64,000 bases of DNA from Cladosporium halotolerans (taxonomy: Eukaryota), in NCBI RefSeq assembly GCF_011745625.1, contig NW_027191467.1, forward strand, positions 310,001 to 374,000, in the 5' to 3' direction. Positions 11,226 through 23,884 of this stretch are shown here, in pieces. Both the position numbers and the translations under genes were made by a program. Under the pieces are notes generated by a model. The model was given only the letters and a program-made list of their open reading frames with translations, searched no databases and was not told the origin of the DNA. The first letter of the stretch is position 1, and the number at the start of each line of letters is the position of its first letter.

Positions 11226-14200
11226 GTTATGGGGCCCGCGACAGTATGTCGACCACGTTGACTAGCTTGATAGTGTCGTTGCTCAAAGTAAGCTGATGTA
11301 CAGTGAGCGTTGACAACCAAGCGATGTGCCTGTTCGATATGACAGAGATTGATCGGCGTAATGGTATGAATTTCTCAAGCGAAGGAGGATAAACTCCAGA
11401 GCGAAGCGACACATAACGCCTTACGGTCATACCTCCGGGTAGATAACAGGCGGCATAGCGACTCGAAAGGCGGTATCAATGCCGCAACTCGCGCCTTGCC
11501 CGCCGCCCTAGCTGTCGTCGTCAGACAGCTTACAGAGGTAGCTCAATAGCTCGGTTTGCCTTTAGATGCTCGTTCCCCGCTCGAACCGCACGGCGAGTTG
11601 GGGACTCTGGCGCAATGCCTCCGGCGCAGGAGTTCAGGTCCGTGACAGCATGCAAGCCACATGCAAGCGTACCCTGCATGACCACGATCCTCATGAAGGC
11701 CTGCCAACCATGCGAAGATGTCGACTTCCGCGAAATAGGCGTTTCGGCCTTGAACGATTACGGCACCGAGATGGCGAAGCGCGGAACCACCAAATACCAC
11801 CGCGAGGGATGAGTGATATCCTCACTGGAAGACCTCGGTTTGGCGGAAGAGGCCGACTATCCGTGGCGCTTGCCTAGGATTGGGCACCTTCAGCTGGTGT
11901 TTGAAGGTGTCCAACCAGGACGTTCAAATCAATTGTGGCTGCAGGAGGAGCTTGCGAAGTCAGCATGATCCTGGCGGCAAGCACTTTGCTGACTTCGCAA
12001 GCGAGCGCGCCCTTCCACGGCTTACGCCCGGAACAACTGTGATCCGCAGGGCCCGCTGCGACCGGAGTCGGAATGTGGACAAGGCTGACGGTTTCGTGGC
12101 ATGCTTTCGCAGTCCGTGGCTGTCTTCTCTTGCAGCTATCAGGCACTTGGCGAGGCTCCGGGCAGTGGACCCGTCCTGTGGGCGGCAAAGAGAACTCCGA
12201 GATTCCAAGACACTCTTTCCCCAGCATAGCAGCTCACTCGAAAGTTGAGACCCGGTATAGCCTCGTTAAAAGACGGGATCCAAGTGTTTCGGGGTCGCCG
12301 ACGGCCAGACTGACGACCCGTCATGAAGAAGTCAATTAGTGAAACAACTCCCAGTGTCGGCTTCTTCCAGTGAAACCAGAAATTCTTCAGCGAGAGAATT
12401 GTCCAGACCAGCGGTGACACCGGCTAGTCCGCCTAAGCCGCCATCCTTCCGTGAGGCAGATAAGCGAGGTATATTGAAGACGACGATTGGATAGTTTCGA
12501 CAGTCGGGGGACTGGAAACTCGAGAAAACAGACTCTCGGTACGCCTACCGACGCTAAGAAACCCAGAGCTGCGAAGTAAGCAGATGACAGTGAGGCGAAC
12601 GAGAAAGCGAGGTAACGTCGCGTGCAGCTCGAAGCCTCCTCAGAACACGTGCCATAGTGGGGTACTGTACCAATCCTTCGGCTAAAACAAGGATCTCTTA
12701 GCGGTTAACATCCCACATGCTGGGGAAGATCTCACGGCCAAAGCACCGCGGGTGCCCTTCTCGAAGACCTTTACTCATCGAGTTCTGGATGACTACTCGG
12801 TAATGCCGGATGATTGTTTCGGCAGACGAGCTGCAGCGGGACGAAATGGGAAGACTTAAGTATCAAGGTCGCACCGGGAATAGGCCAGAGTCCTGGCCTG
12901 GATGAACGCCGTATTTCCCTCGCTGTAAATCGGCCTGTTTCACCAATGAGTCGCACATGATGCCTTATCTTACCAATATGTTTATCTTTGGGTTCTTCAG
13001 AGCACCATGTGAGGTGGGGCAAGGTAATGCTGGTACGCATCGTCCTTTTTTACTATCTTTCCCGAAGCTCGTTTTCCGGCAAGTCTTCACCCAGGACATG
13101 ACCGCCGCACTACTCCAGCTCCCTCAGAACGTTCCTCAGCTAGAGGCTCGAGCACCACGTGCCAGCGACCAGTGTTTCGGGGGTCCAGCCGATTCCATGC
13201 TCAAGATGTCCAGTCAGGTGTAACCTTCAACATACGCTCTTTCTTGCTAGCTTCTCTCACACTCGATGAGCATGTTTCGGTAGCAGCTCCATGTTAGTTC
13301 GATTTGGGATATCCAGGCAGGATCAACACCACCATATGCAATGCCGCTCCACCCTCTGCATCGTGTGTTGTCTGAAGCCTTCGATTCATCTCAGTCACCG
13401 AACCCCATCAAGTGCCAGCGCAGCACAATGTGTGGAGCCGACGGCCACGACAGCACGCAGTGCAACCTGCAGCCCGCCTCCCAGGAGGATCAAGTCCTCC
13501 TGCATCCCCCGCTTTCGCCATGGCTCGTATATCTCACTGACATGATGAACCAGAGCCTCGGTGCGCTTGTTCGTTGGATCTCGAGATGGTGGACTCTGCT
13601 CGCTAGCTGCAGTTCGTCGTACTGGTGACGGTGCTGATGATGCTTTTGGTATGATGCAGTTTGATGGCACGTGAAGGTGTCAGCAAGGGACTTCGGTAGG
13701 CTTTCGAGCGGATGATTGTGAGGCCGGGGGTCGTCGGTGTTGGTACATTTGTGTGCTTGGATCGGGTCATATTGCTCCGGCTGATCGATCAGGACGGCGA
13801 TGGAGAATGAGACGCCTCAATCGAAAAGCTTCGCGGACGCAGCGCCGCTCAGGGTCGGCCGGTCTTTGGCACCAGGTCTTCTTACTCCACGGTTCCGTGA
13901 TTAGGGTAGAAGGCGTGATTGCGGGTCTTAGACGGGCTCAATTCTGGTCTTTCTGGTTGGCAATGTCGTGCTTATCCCTGTCGGCCACGTTCGTTCGCTA
14001 CGAGAATGCCGGGAATGAGCTTTTTGATGGCGAAACAGAGTTTATATCAATTCTCCAGAGTCACACTACACGCCCGTGTGAGCGCGCTTGCTGCCAGACC
14101 TAATCTCCGGTTGTTTACCAATCCCTCGCTAAACGCTGACGATGCCTAATCCCGCATCTTGCGATCGGACGTTGCCTTGGCGATCGTTGTTAGATGCCAT

Positions 14201-14511
14201 TCATCAGTGCGTAATCAGCGTTTGAGGGCACATTGAGAGCAACTAGTACAGAGTCTTCATACGAAAAGAACTTGGAGGTAGAAAGCCTGTTCATTTCGCG
14301 TGAGCTAAGTTCGCTACCAAAATGTCTAGGAATAGAATGTAAATGTTAATACAGCAACCACCATCAAAGCCTCGTAAACAAGCAAATCATCTAGAATCGA
14401 AGAAAAAGTAATCATCCAACGGACAGCGAGGCCTTTCGAAGAGTGTACAGGCCGTGTCTCGGTTTTTCACCCCGGCTCAGATTTCGCCGAGCCAGGAGCT
14501 GGTGCATGCGC

Positions 14512-15606
14512 TTAGCGGCGCGAAACGTCGCGAGCGTGGACGCCGGAGTCGTTCCAGGCGCTGGAAAGCAGGTAGTTGACCCAGGCGAGGAGGTCGTCAA
14601 GAGTGAAACCCTCGGGGAGAGGCTTGGAGGGCATCTCGGCGTCGGTCTCGGCGGTAGTGGTGGTGGTCGAGCCGGACGAGGTCGAGCCGGAGCTGGTGGA
14701 GGCGGTGTCGGCGACCTTGGTGACGGCAGCGGCAGCAGAAGAGACAGCGGTGGCGGGCTGGGTGCTGGCAGCAGTAGGCTCAGGAGCAGCGGTGGTGGTG
14801 CCGTTGCCGAAAGGAGCAGAGCCAGTGCTGCTGTTGCCGCCAGTAGAGCCGGAAGTCGCGCCGTCCCAAAGAGCGGGACCGGGGATGGTGTAAGAGTCAA
14901 GACCGCCGTAGATGCCAACCATGATACCGGCATCAGTAGGAGTGTAGAGAGCAGTGCCAAGAACACCTTCGGGGTTGGCGGTACCGCTGCCAGTGACCTC
15001 GAGGTTGAAGCACTGAGGGTAGTTCTGGGCACCGTTCTCGGAGCCGGCGCCGTGGAGAGCGATAATCTCATGACGGAGAACGTACTGACCAGGAGCGAGG
15101 CTCTCCGGGATGGTGACTTGCCACTTGCCGTCGTTGGCGATAAGCTCGTCAGAGGCCCACTGGCCAGGAGCGGGGCTGCCGTTGATCAAACCAGCCTCGT
15201 CAATCTTGAAGAACTTAAGAGTCTCCTTGTCGACAGTGGTGCAGTCATCACCATCGCACTTGGCGAGGTAGTCGATGACGGGACCGTGGTGAGACTCAGG
15301 CCAGGCATCCGGGCCCCACTGGACCTCAACGGTGTCGCCAGCAGCGACCTTGGCAGAGATCTGACCAGGCTTGGCCTCCTTGTGGCAGATGATGTCGCCA
15401 GTGGCATAGGCGGTGCCATCAACGAAACCGTTGTCGCCGTTGGCAGCGCTCCAGGCGACAATCGCAGGCGGGTCGGGGGTGTAGATGTAGTCGGTGATGA
15501 AACCGTCATAGGACTCGCCCTCAGCAGTGATGCTGGTGACACGGCCGTGAGCGTAGGCCGAGGCGGCGAGGGAGCCCAGGAGGGCAGCAGTCTGGAGGAA
15601 AGCCAT
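14512..15606 (-). CDS. AA9 (GH61) lytic polysaccharide monooxygenase, secreted, with Ser/Thr-rich C-terminal extension
   Basis: Signal peptide ends ASAYA|HGRV (His1 of the brace). Also [35 protein letters not shown] and [11 protein letters not shown]. Confidence 0.96.
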   Translation of the reverse strand: MAFLQTAALLGSLAASAYAHGRVTSITAEGESYDGFITDYIYTPDPPAIVAWSAANGDNGFVDGTAYATGDIICHKEAKPGQISAKVAAGDTVEVQWGPDAWPESHHGPVIDYLAKCDGDDCTTVDKETLKFFKIDEAGLINGSPAPGQWASDELIANDGKWQVTIPESLAPGQYVLRHEIIALHGAGSENGAQNYPQCFNLEVTGSGTANPEGVLGTALYTPTDAGIMVGIYGGLDSYTIPGPALWDGATSGSTGGNSSTGSAPFGNGTTTAAPEPTAASTQPATAVSSAAAAVTKVADTASTSSGSTSSGSTTTTTAETDAEMPSKPLPEGFTLDDLLAWVNYLLSSAWNDSGVHARDVSRR

Positions 15607-16983
15607 TGGACGAAGTGATTCTGTTTAGAGATGAGAGATCTGCTGTAGAGCGAGGTCGAACGAAAAGTTCTGCTTTGATGGAAGTGATTGAATGGGTGAG
15701 TAAGGAAGGGCTGTATCACCAGGATACTGCAAACGAATGACTGGGTACTAGACCGAGAAGGAGAGGATGGTTAGAATGGATGGGGGAAGGCATGTCTGGC
15801 AGGACGATGGCTTTCCTAATATACCATCGTGTATGTTCGCTTCGCGCGATAGCTTCGCGAACGAAGCCGACCAAGCTGGACGATGTCTGTGTAGAATAGA
15901 TTGAACGTATGGGTCGCCAAGGCACCACGACCTGGCTAGGAGCATAGCATCAATACAAAAAATTAGTGACCTACAGCATGTTCCATGTTTCAGACAGCAT
16001 ACAGGCGACGCTCGTTGGTGGATCTCGCAAAGACCTTCTCTTGGCAGCGCGTGCCTTGACGGTGCCAGGCAGGAGACAAGCGCGCCGTTCACGTTCCATG
16101 AGAGACCAGGCAGACGGCACTGCAAGAAACGCTGATTACCAGGAGCCGAAGTGGGTGGGGGCGACATAGACGCGGGAGCTAACGTCTCGAGAAAACAAAC
16201 GAAATAGGGCTTTGGCGCCCTGTTACTAGGGCTTAGTGCAACCGATGCAGGGCTTAGCGCGGCGTGACTGGAAGGCGCATGGCGTCTTCTCCTGAAGCGA
16301 GACGCGCGACAAGGTTGTTGTTCGAGGCATTGGGGCTTGCTTCCCGATCGAGTATGCTGCGTCCTTAAAGTCTCTCGTGAATGATGTGCCATGAATCCCC
16401 AAGGAAGGCCAAGCCCGCGTCGGTTGAATTTCTTCACGACGGCATCAATGCGGAAGATGCAATCATACGGTATGGAAGGCTGTGTCGTCCAAGTAGGCAC
16501 GATACAGGCCAGTATTGCCAGCTTTTTCAGTCATTGTGCGAAGTGGTGAAGGGCAATGGTTCAAAGACGCGGATTTACGCGAGCTTCAGAGGTGTCCATG
16601 TCTCGGTCTGGAGGGCGCAGTCACGCCAAAAATGATTCGTCAGTACCGACATCGATATCGATAAAGCAAGCTCATGAGCATCTAGTAGCTGGGATGCGAT
16701 ATATTCTATGACTGGTTCTCAAAGTAATGATGGAAGAGAAGGAAGCAAGCTCTCAGCAAACGGGTACAGTCTGTTGCAAAATCATCTGCGTTAGATCCGA
16801 ACGCGTAAAGTCCGAGAGACCGGTGGTCGGTCCCTGGCCGGCGTTATGCATGAGGTCATTCATTCTTCCTAGTGTCAATCTTCCACTCCTTCGGCCTCAC
16901 AGCTGAACGTCGCGCGAGCTGATTTCGCAGGACTTGACCAGGCCCAGTCAATTCGCTCGCCATCGGTAGGCGATTGTCGAGGC

Positions 16984-19097
16984 ATGTTCAGGCTCCCTGG
17001 TCCGGCGTGCGGGCGATGCGCAGGCAAAATCCTCAGGCCGCAGCGCTTTGCGACCTCGAACCTCACAAGGAACATCACCCAGCTGTCGGCGTACAGCACG
17101 CGACCATCTCTTAGAAAGGCAACCCCCACTTACCCTTCGCTCACTCTCCGTCGCCTCCAGTCGCAGTTCCAGCCCCTCAGGCCGCCGACTCTGGAAGAGC
17201 TCGGCCAGGCAGCACCAGCGAAGACTTACAGGCGCACGCGCAGATGGCTGCGTCGTTTGATCCGCCTTGCTTTGGCGACCGGAGTCGTGCTTGGTCTTGA
17301 TACATACTTCTACGATGCCTGCATCACGCGATCCGTCCGCACCTTCTTTACCGCGCTCTTCGTTGCGATAGACTACAAGATCAACTTCCAGGCCGAGCCA
17401 TGGTTCGGCGACAGCGTTGCAGACCTGCACGCCCGCAGCGCTCAGAGGGTATTTGATTTGCTGCGCGCCAATGGCGGTCTCTACCTGAAGATTGGCCAGG
17501 CGATCGCCATGCAGTCTGCCATTCTCCCGCCGGAGTTTCAGAAGATGTTCGCGCGGATGTTCGACGATGCGCCGCAGAATTCATGGGCTGAGGTGGAGCA
17601 GGTCATCAAGGAAGACTTTGGCAAGACACCCGAAGAGGTCTTCGGAGTGAGCTTTGCGGGAGACCTCAAGAAGGGCATAATGGAAAGGACAGCAAGAGCC
17701 AGTGCCAGCGTGGCTCAGGTGCACTGGGCCCGTCTTGAGGATGGAAGAGAAGTCGCGATCAAGGTCCAAAAGCGTGAGATTGCGCGACAGGTCGGTTGGG
17801 ATCTCTGGGCATTCAAGGTGGTGACAAAGATCTACACATGGTACTTCGACCTCCCTCTGTACAGTCTGGTCCCTTACATTTCGGAGCGCCTGATGCTGGA
17901 GACGGACTTCGAGAACGAGGCTCGCAATGCCGAAAAAATGCGCGATCTCATTCAGGGCGAAAAGCGACTGCGAGGGCGTGTCTACATCCCTCAGGTCTAT
18001 CATGACATGACTAGCAAGCGTGTCATGACTGCTGAGTGGATCGAGGGCGTTCGTCTCTGGGACAAAGAGGGCATCACTGGGTCATGGTATGGCGGCTACA
18101 AACGCGGTTCTCCTGGCGCTGGTCAAGCTTTCATCGAGCCTCCGCCTGTCTCAGTCACTGCCAACGTTCCCAAGAATGACCCGCATGCCGAAAAACTGAA
18201 GCCTTCTCGGGACGAATGGCGTGGGCCGACCAAGCGTGGTGGTCTAGGACTCTCCCTGAAGCCCGTCATGCAAACAATGGTCGACCTGTTCTCTGCACAG
18301 ATGTTCCTCTGGGGCCTCGTCCACTGTGACCCTCATCCAGGTAACATCTTCGTTCGCCGCCTCCCCTCCGGAAAGCCCGAGCTCGTGCTTATCGACCACG
18401 GCCTCTACATCGAAATGGACCCCAAGTTCCGCCAGCAGTACGCGCTCTTCTGGCGCAGCCTGATGACCTTTGACAACAAGACCATCGGCGAAGTGACGAA
18501 CGAATGGGGCATCAACGCGCCGGACATCTTCGCGAGCGCGACGCTGATGCGCCCGTACGAGGGCGGCGACGGCAAGACGCTGGCCGAGATCCGCTCCATG
18601 AGCGCCAAGGAGCAGAAGCAGCGGCAGTTCGAGATGCAGCAGAAGATGCGCAAGGGCGTGCGCGGGATCCTCGGCAACCAGGACAAGTTCCCGCAGGAGC
18701 TCATATTCATCGGCCGCAACCTGCGCATCGTCCAGGGCAACAACCAGTTCCTCGGCAGCCCCGTCAATCGCGTCAAGATCACCGGCACGTGGGCGAGCAG
18801 AGCGCTGGCGGAGAATAGGGAGGCGAGCTACGGGCAGCGGTGGAAGGAGTATGGGAAGCATTTGCTGTTCCGCACTGTCCTTATCACCACTGATTTTGTC
18901 TTCTACTGGTCTAAGCTGAAGCAGCTCTTCGGTTTCGGAAAGGGCATGGACGACGACATCGAAGAGAGCATGCGGAAGATGGCTAGCAGGTGAGTTGGCA
19001 GCAAATCTTTTCACGATGCACAACATACGTGGAGCATCATGCTAACCTAAGTCGCAGTATGGGCGTGGAGCTCAACCACGGTGTGTTCGAAGGCTGA
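16984..19097 (+). CDS. ABC1/UbiB-family atypical kinase (ADCK1/Mcp2-like), probably mitochondrial; intron 18990-19057
   Basis: NGGLYLKIGQ, ASASVAQVH, VAIKVQ, ETDFENEARN, VHCDPHPGNIFVR and LIDHGLY motifs, plus an Arg-rich presequence. Confidence 0.92.
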
Positions 19098-19473
19098 AAA
19101 TTGTCTGGTCAAATCATAGATCGCCACCTACACCGCTGTAAAGTGTACATATACATGTAGATAAACTACAAGATACCCTGGGTCTTCGCTGCTTAGATAT
19201 AATTGCTACGATCTTGCACTGATCAGCTCCTTTGTTCTTTTTTTGATCATTTCAGGTGTGCATTCACAGCAAGCCACCCCGCGCAGGCTGCATTCACGAT
19301 CGATCACACAAGCTACGGACTTTCTCAGATGGGAAGTGATTCGATGGTCAAAACTTTGAGATCGTCATCATTCTACAATGCTGTCTATATCGAAAAAACC
19401 AGACCAAATAAAATCCTAGAAATACCAAAAACACAACGCTAATGCTTTTTCACCATCTCTTCAAACCACCCAT

Positions 19474-21168
19474 CTACGCGGCGACCGTGCCCCTGACACC
19501 ACCCTTGCCGCCGACCTCCCTGGCGACGAGCGTGACGCTCAGGTCGGCGGCGATGTTGACCTGGACCTCGACCTTGCCGTCCTTCTTGACGCCACGCACG
19601 CCGGCCTCGGCGAGCGTCTTGCCGGCCTTGAAGACCTTCTCGCGGACCTCCTCGGGCTCGTCGTCGCTGTCGTCCTCGTCGCTGTCGTCGTCCTTGCTGC
19701 CGTTGGCCGCGGGCTTCTCCTCGGTCGTGACCTTGATCTCGCGCGTGCCCTCGGCGAGGCGCAGGAGGACGTCGCCGCCGGCGGGGACGGCGATCTGCGC
19801 TGTGCGGCGGGCAGGGACGGGGGTCTCGGCGGGCACGACGACGGCGAAGCCGGCGTCGGTCGCGAGGCCGATGGCGGAGGGAGTGTGGGGGGCGACGGTG
19901 ACAACGGGCTCGATGCTGGACTCGATGTCGGCCTGCTCGAACTCGGAGATCAGGGAGGCCTGGATGGCGGCACCGCGGGCGGCGAGCTCGGAGGGGTTGA
20001 CGGCGGATGCGGTGGTGGAGGGCGCGGTGACGGTGGTAGATTCGGGGAAGTGGGCGCGCAGGTTGGAGGCGATCTTGGGGGTGTGGGAGGTGCCGCCAGA
20101 GAGGAGAATGTGGTCGACGTCAAGGATGTCGAGGTTGGCCTTCTTGACGGCGGCCTCGATCAGGCGGGTGAAAGACATGAAGACCTTGTTGGCGAGAAGC
20201 TCGTAGCGAGTCCTGTTGACAGTAAGGCTGAAGTCAATGCCGTCAACCAGGCTCTCGATAGAGAAAGAAGCAGACTGTCCAAGAGAGAGGGACTTCTTGA
20301 CGGCCTCAGCCTCGAGAGTGAGCTTAGCGAGGGAACGCTCAGTCTTGCGAGGGTCGGTGGCGGTCTTGTTCTTCTTCAGGAACTCCTTGGCGGCGTACTC
20401 GATCAGGACCTCGTCCAGGGCCTTACCGCCGAGCTCGTAGTCGTGGGCGGTAGCCAGGGTGGTGTACATGCCGCCGCGGCTGGCAACAACAGCAACGTCA
20501 GAGCGGATACCGCCGAGGTCGGCGACGAGGACAATCTTGTCCTGGCTCGCAGGGTCGGACTCGCCGCTGAGCTGCTGCTTCGCGTCGTGCGCAAGGAGGG
20601 CAGAGATAGTCTCGGGGATGGTCTGGATGATCTCGACGCCGGCCTTGGAGGCAACAGCGCATACGGCAGCCTTCTGCGCATCGCTGGTGTCGGAGGGGAT
20701 TGTCAGGACGGCGCTCTTGACCTCACGGCCAAGGTAGTCGGCCGCACTCTGCCTCAGTCTGCGGATGTGCCTAATCGCAATCTCGTCCACGCTCAGACAG
20801 CTCTTCTTGTCGTCCTCGCCCTCCTGGATCTGGAAGCACGCGCTCTTGCCGCCATTCTGAGGCTCGGCGTGAGCGCTCTGGTGGCACGCACGGGGGTCCA
20901 CGTCCTTGAACTCCTTGCCGAGGAAATCTCTGAAGAAAGCGACGGTGTTGCGCGGGTTGCGAACAAGCTGGGCCTTGGCCTGGGTGCCCTGGTACTCCTC
21001 GCCGGCAACGTAGGAAAGGATGGTGGGAATTTGACGGTCGCCCTCCTCGTTCGCGATGACCTCGGCCTTGCCGTCAGGGCCAGTGTAGGCGATGCTGCTG
21101 TTGGTGTTGCCGAAAGTCAGGCCAATAGTAACGTGGCTGGGCGCCTCGGTGCCCTCGGTGGCGCTCAT
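19474..21168 (-). CDS. SSZ1: Ribosome-associated complex atypical Hsp70
   Basis: IGLTFGNTNSSIA, VIANEEGDRQIPT, ADLGGIRSD and LLSGGTSHTPKI motifs, with a short substrate-binding domain and no lid or EEVD. Confidence 0.92.
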   Translation of the reverse strand: MSATEGTEAPSHVTIGLTFGNTNSSIAYTGPDGKAEVIANEEGDRQIPTILSYVAGEEYQGTQAKAQLVRNPRNTVAFFRDFLGKEFKDVDPRACHQSAHAEPQNGGKSACFQIQEGEDDKKSCLSVDEIAIRHIRRLRQSAADYLGREVKSAVLTIPSDTSDAQKAAVCAVASKAGVEIIQTIPETISALLAHDAKQQLSGESDPASQDKIVLVADLGGIRSDVAVVASRGGMYTTLATAHDYELGGKALDEVLIEYAAKEFLKKNKTATDPRKTERSLAKLTLEAEAVKKSLSLGQSASFSIESLVDGIDFSLTVNRTRYELLANKVFMSFTRLIEAAVKKANLDILDVDHILLSGGTSHTPKIASNLRAHFPESTTVTAPSTTASAVNPSELAARGAAIQASLISEFEQADIESSIEPVVTVAPHTPSAIGLATDAGFAVVVPAETPVPARRTAQIAVPAGGDVLLRLAEGTREIKVTTEEKPAANGSKDDDSDEDDSDDEPEEVREKVFKAGKTLAEAGVRGVKKDGKVEVQVNIAADLSVTLVAREVGGKGGVRGTVAA

Positions 21169-21433
21169 TGTGGCGGTATTAAGGGAGGGGTATGTGGTCG
21201 GTAGAGAGAGTGGTGGGGTGGTGTTAGGCGGGTGCGTGCCTGTGGGATATGGAGCAGAGAGGAAGGGCGGCGGGCGGGCGTCGATTGGCGATGGAGTCTC
21301 AAGAAAAAGTTCAGAGTTCGAGGTCCAGGGTCCGCGCCGAACCTAAAGCTCGCCGCATCAGAAGCATCATCCCGCCTACTGGGATTGAACGAAGATACAT
21401 TTTTCTGCTCAATACACTATACACATAGCAAGC

Positions 21434-22153
21434 ATGTCAGCAACAATCCTACTTCCCGGCGAGGAATTGCCTAGCGACAGTCTCCCAAAGACGAAGAAGG
21501 GCACACTCACGCTCGGTCCTGGCCTGCGTCACATTCCGCCCACTTCGATCACTGCAACTACTAGTGGCTCAATATCGGTCGATAACAAGAAATCTGCCGT
21601 GTGGCTCGAGAATACCAATGGCCGCTACCAGCCTTCTACTGGCGATCTGGTGATTGCACAAGTGCATCATGGATCAACAGATACCTATCACTGCGCTCTC
21701 ACCCCGCAAACACCGTTCGCATTACTTGGGCAGCTGGCTTTTGAGGGCGCAAGCAAGAAGAGTCGGCCGCATCTCTTGTCAGGCGATCTTGTATATGCGC
21801 GTGTTTCAAGAGCTGTGAAGGGCGAGGATGTGGAACTTGAAGGATTCAACTCCGCAACGGGCAAGAGCGAGGGCATGGGTCAACTCAAAGGCGGCATGGT
21901 ATTTGAGGTGTCCCCTGCGTTTGCACGCCGATTGATGATGGGCAGCAAAGGTGGTGTGAAGATCTTGGAGGGCGTAGGTGAGAAGATTCGGTTCGAGGTT
22001 GCGGTGGGCAGGAATGGAAGAGTGTGGGTGGACAGTGGTAATGTGAGGACAACAGCTGCAATCGGGAGGCTCCTTACGTCAAGCGATGAGAATGCTTGGG
22101 ATGTGGAAGAACAGGAGAAAGCACTGAAGAAGGCTCTCAAGGACATGAGCTGA
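21434..22153 (+). CDS. RRP40: Exosome cap subunit Rrp40 (S1/KH)
   Basis: LGPGLRH, GRYQPSTGDLVIAQV, LAFEGASKKSRPHL...GDLVYARV and FEVAVGRNGRVWVD. Divergent from SSZ1 across 265 bp. Confidence 0.93.
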   Translation: MSATILLPGEELPSDSLPKTKKGTLTLGPGLRHIPPTSITATTSGSISVDNKKSAVWLENTNGRYQPSTGDLVIAQVHHGSTDTYHCALTPQTPFALLGQLAFEGASKKSRPHLLSGDLVYARVSRAVKGEDVELEGFNSATGKSEGMGQLKGGMVFEVSPAFARRLMMGSKGGVKILEGVGEKIRFEVAVGRNGRVWVDSGNVRTTAAIGRLLTSSDENAWDVEEQEKALKKALKDMS

Positions 22154-22624
22154 GAAAGCATACGATGGATGATGGATGATGGATTAAATTACTGGAATCT
22201 GTGCTGCCCGAGTGCAAACTGGCCATCGGCAACCGCGGGAATGGCTTGCCCGAAGGAGTCCTCCCAACGAGTAGTGTTCTGCAAAGTCTCTGCCACGAAC
22301 CGTACCCCTGGCAGCCTGCCCTCATCGACCACCTGATAGGCACAGGTAAATGGAGCAGGCCTTCGGTCCAGCCAGCAAGCAACACATCAGAGTTGTTGCA
22401 AACATTTGGCTCGCCGCGCAAAGACGCTGGCTGTCCGTACCGGAGTTTTGGCAGGGCTCTTAGTTTTGTTAAGCGCGCCTTCCGAAAACTCAGCTCGCCC
22501 TGTAGTATATGAGAAATGAAAAGGCTCAACACGAGCATTACTGACTTCAAGAGAAGCTTCTCCTGAACCTCCCTGCTGAGATTTTTTGACGATCCACCAA
22601 GATTTCGAGCCGGGCTTTAACGTC

Positions 22625-23884
22625 TCACTGCTCGATAGAAATGACGACGCCTTGGCCGCTGCATCTGTTCTCCAACAACCTGGAAGCTTGGCTGGCCAGG
22701 TTCTTCGCCACCAAAATGACTTGGTCCCCACGGTACTGCCTGGTCACGGTCGAGTTTTGAATGATTTTCTTCAGCCACTCTGGTTGCTCGCCGGGTGAAC
22801 AATTCTCGAACTCTTCATGGGTTTGTAGTAGACAGGATGCTTGGCGGTGCACCTGGATCGCATGTCGATTCTCTTCTTCAGCCTGGTCTTCGTGAAACTC
22901 AAGGCCGACGATGGCATCTTGACCTATCGGTATGCCTCCAAGGTGGCTTCCAAGGTAATCCGCATCGGACGTAGGTGTCCAGATGAATGCCCATCGTTTG
23001 ATTGACTGTGCATGCCTCGCTTTTCGTAAAGCTGCTATCCACTTCTCGACAGGTTTGAGCGAGATTTGAGCTTTATCCCTGGATTCCTTGCCTTGATCTG
23101 CCGGAATCTCGATGGCGAAAGTATTTTCGCCATAGTAAATTGGCAGGACCTCATTTCGAATCTGTCGACAAGTCATGGCGAGGTCAGGCTGTTCGGTGCT
23201 CACGACCGGATACACGAAGAATTGCGTCTCCACGACCGCGAGCCTCCAGATACGTTGACGAAGAGCCAGCTGCAGAGACATGATATTCTTGCCATTGCCC
23301 TCCTCGCTCTGGCTTCGCACCTGCTGGCCCATCTTAAGCTGTAGTCTCCTCGTCCGCTCGGTCGGTCGGACAAGAACGCTCAGCTTGACTTCCTCGGATT
23401 TCCAGGCTTTCTTGGTCTTCGGCATGTAAAGGGTGTCCATCTGCCCAGCATCGCGCATGAAATCCATTAGGTTCATAGACTTTCCTACTGCCTTCTTCGA
23501 CTGAGTACCAGCACTCTGATTGTTGTCCTTCGTACCTTGTCCTCCACCTTTGACGGCTTTGAGTCTCTTTCCGTCATGCACGACTACCTGTCTCGCCTTC
23601 TTGCACTTTGTCGCGTGCTCAGCGACCTTTTCTTGGGTGGTCAAGGGCGCTGTTTTGCGCTTGGGAGGCTTCTTCTTCGCTTCAGCTTTACGTGCAGCTT
23701 CGGCAGCGAGCTCGGACGGGGGCGGCAGGACTGTGACCTTGCGTTTCTTTGCAGGTGGTGGAGGCGGCATGTTGTCTGCTGGAGCTTGTGGCTTGGAGGA
23801 TGTCTCCTTCTGCTCGCGCTCGTACGCGGCTTTCGCTATCCGGCCGACTGTGGTGAGGGTATTGAACTTGGGTTTATAGGCCAT
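22625..23884 (-). CDS. Hypothetical protein with basic Lys-rich N-terminal half and F-box-like C-terminal segment; the ORF is open to 23980
   Basis: Long intronless ORF with NLS-like PPAKKRK. IMSLQLALRQRIWRLAV...QPDLAMTCRQIRNEVLPIYYGENTF resembles a common fungal hypothetical domain. Confidence 0.7.
   Translation of the reverse strand: MAYKPKFNTLTTVGRIAKAAYEREQKETSSKPQAPADNMPPPPPAKKRKVTVLPPPSELAAEAARKAEAKKKPPKRKTAPLTTQEKVAEHATKCKKARQVVVHDGKRLKAVKGGGQGTKDNNQSAGTQSKKAVGKSMNLMDFMRDAGQMDTLYMPKTKKAWKSEEVKLSVLVRPTERTRRLQLKMGQQVRSQSEEGNGKNIMSLQLALRQRIWRLAVVETQFFVYPVVSTEQPDLAMTCRQIRNEVLPIYYGENTFAIEIPADQGKESRDKAQISLKPVEKWIAALRKARHAQSIKRWAFIWTPTSDADYLGSHLGGIPIGQDAIVGLEFHEDQAEEENRHAIQVHRQASCLLQTHEEFENCSPGEQPEWLKKIIQNSTVTRQYRGDQVILVAKNLASQASRLLENRCSGQGVVISIEQ

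Noticed and set aside
14443..15618. 391-aa antisense ORF over the AA9 gene
   Set aside because: Mirror frame of a GC3-rich gene with no independent coding evidence.
19885..21204. 439-aa antisense ORF over SSZ1
   Set aside because: Long antisense ORFs are a known by-product of codon bias in Hsp70-family genes.
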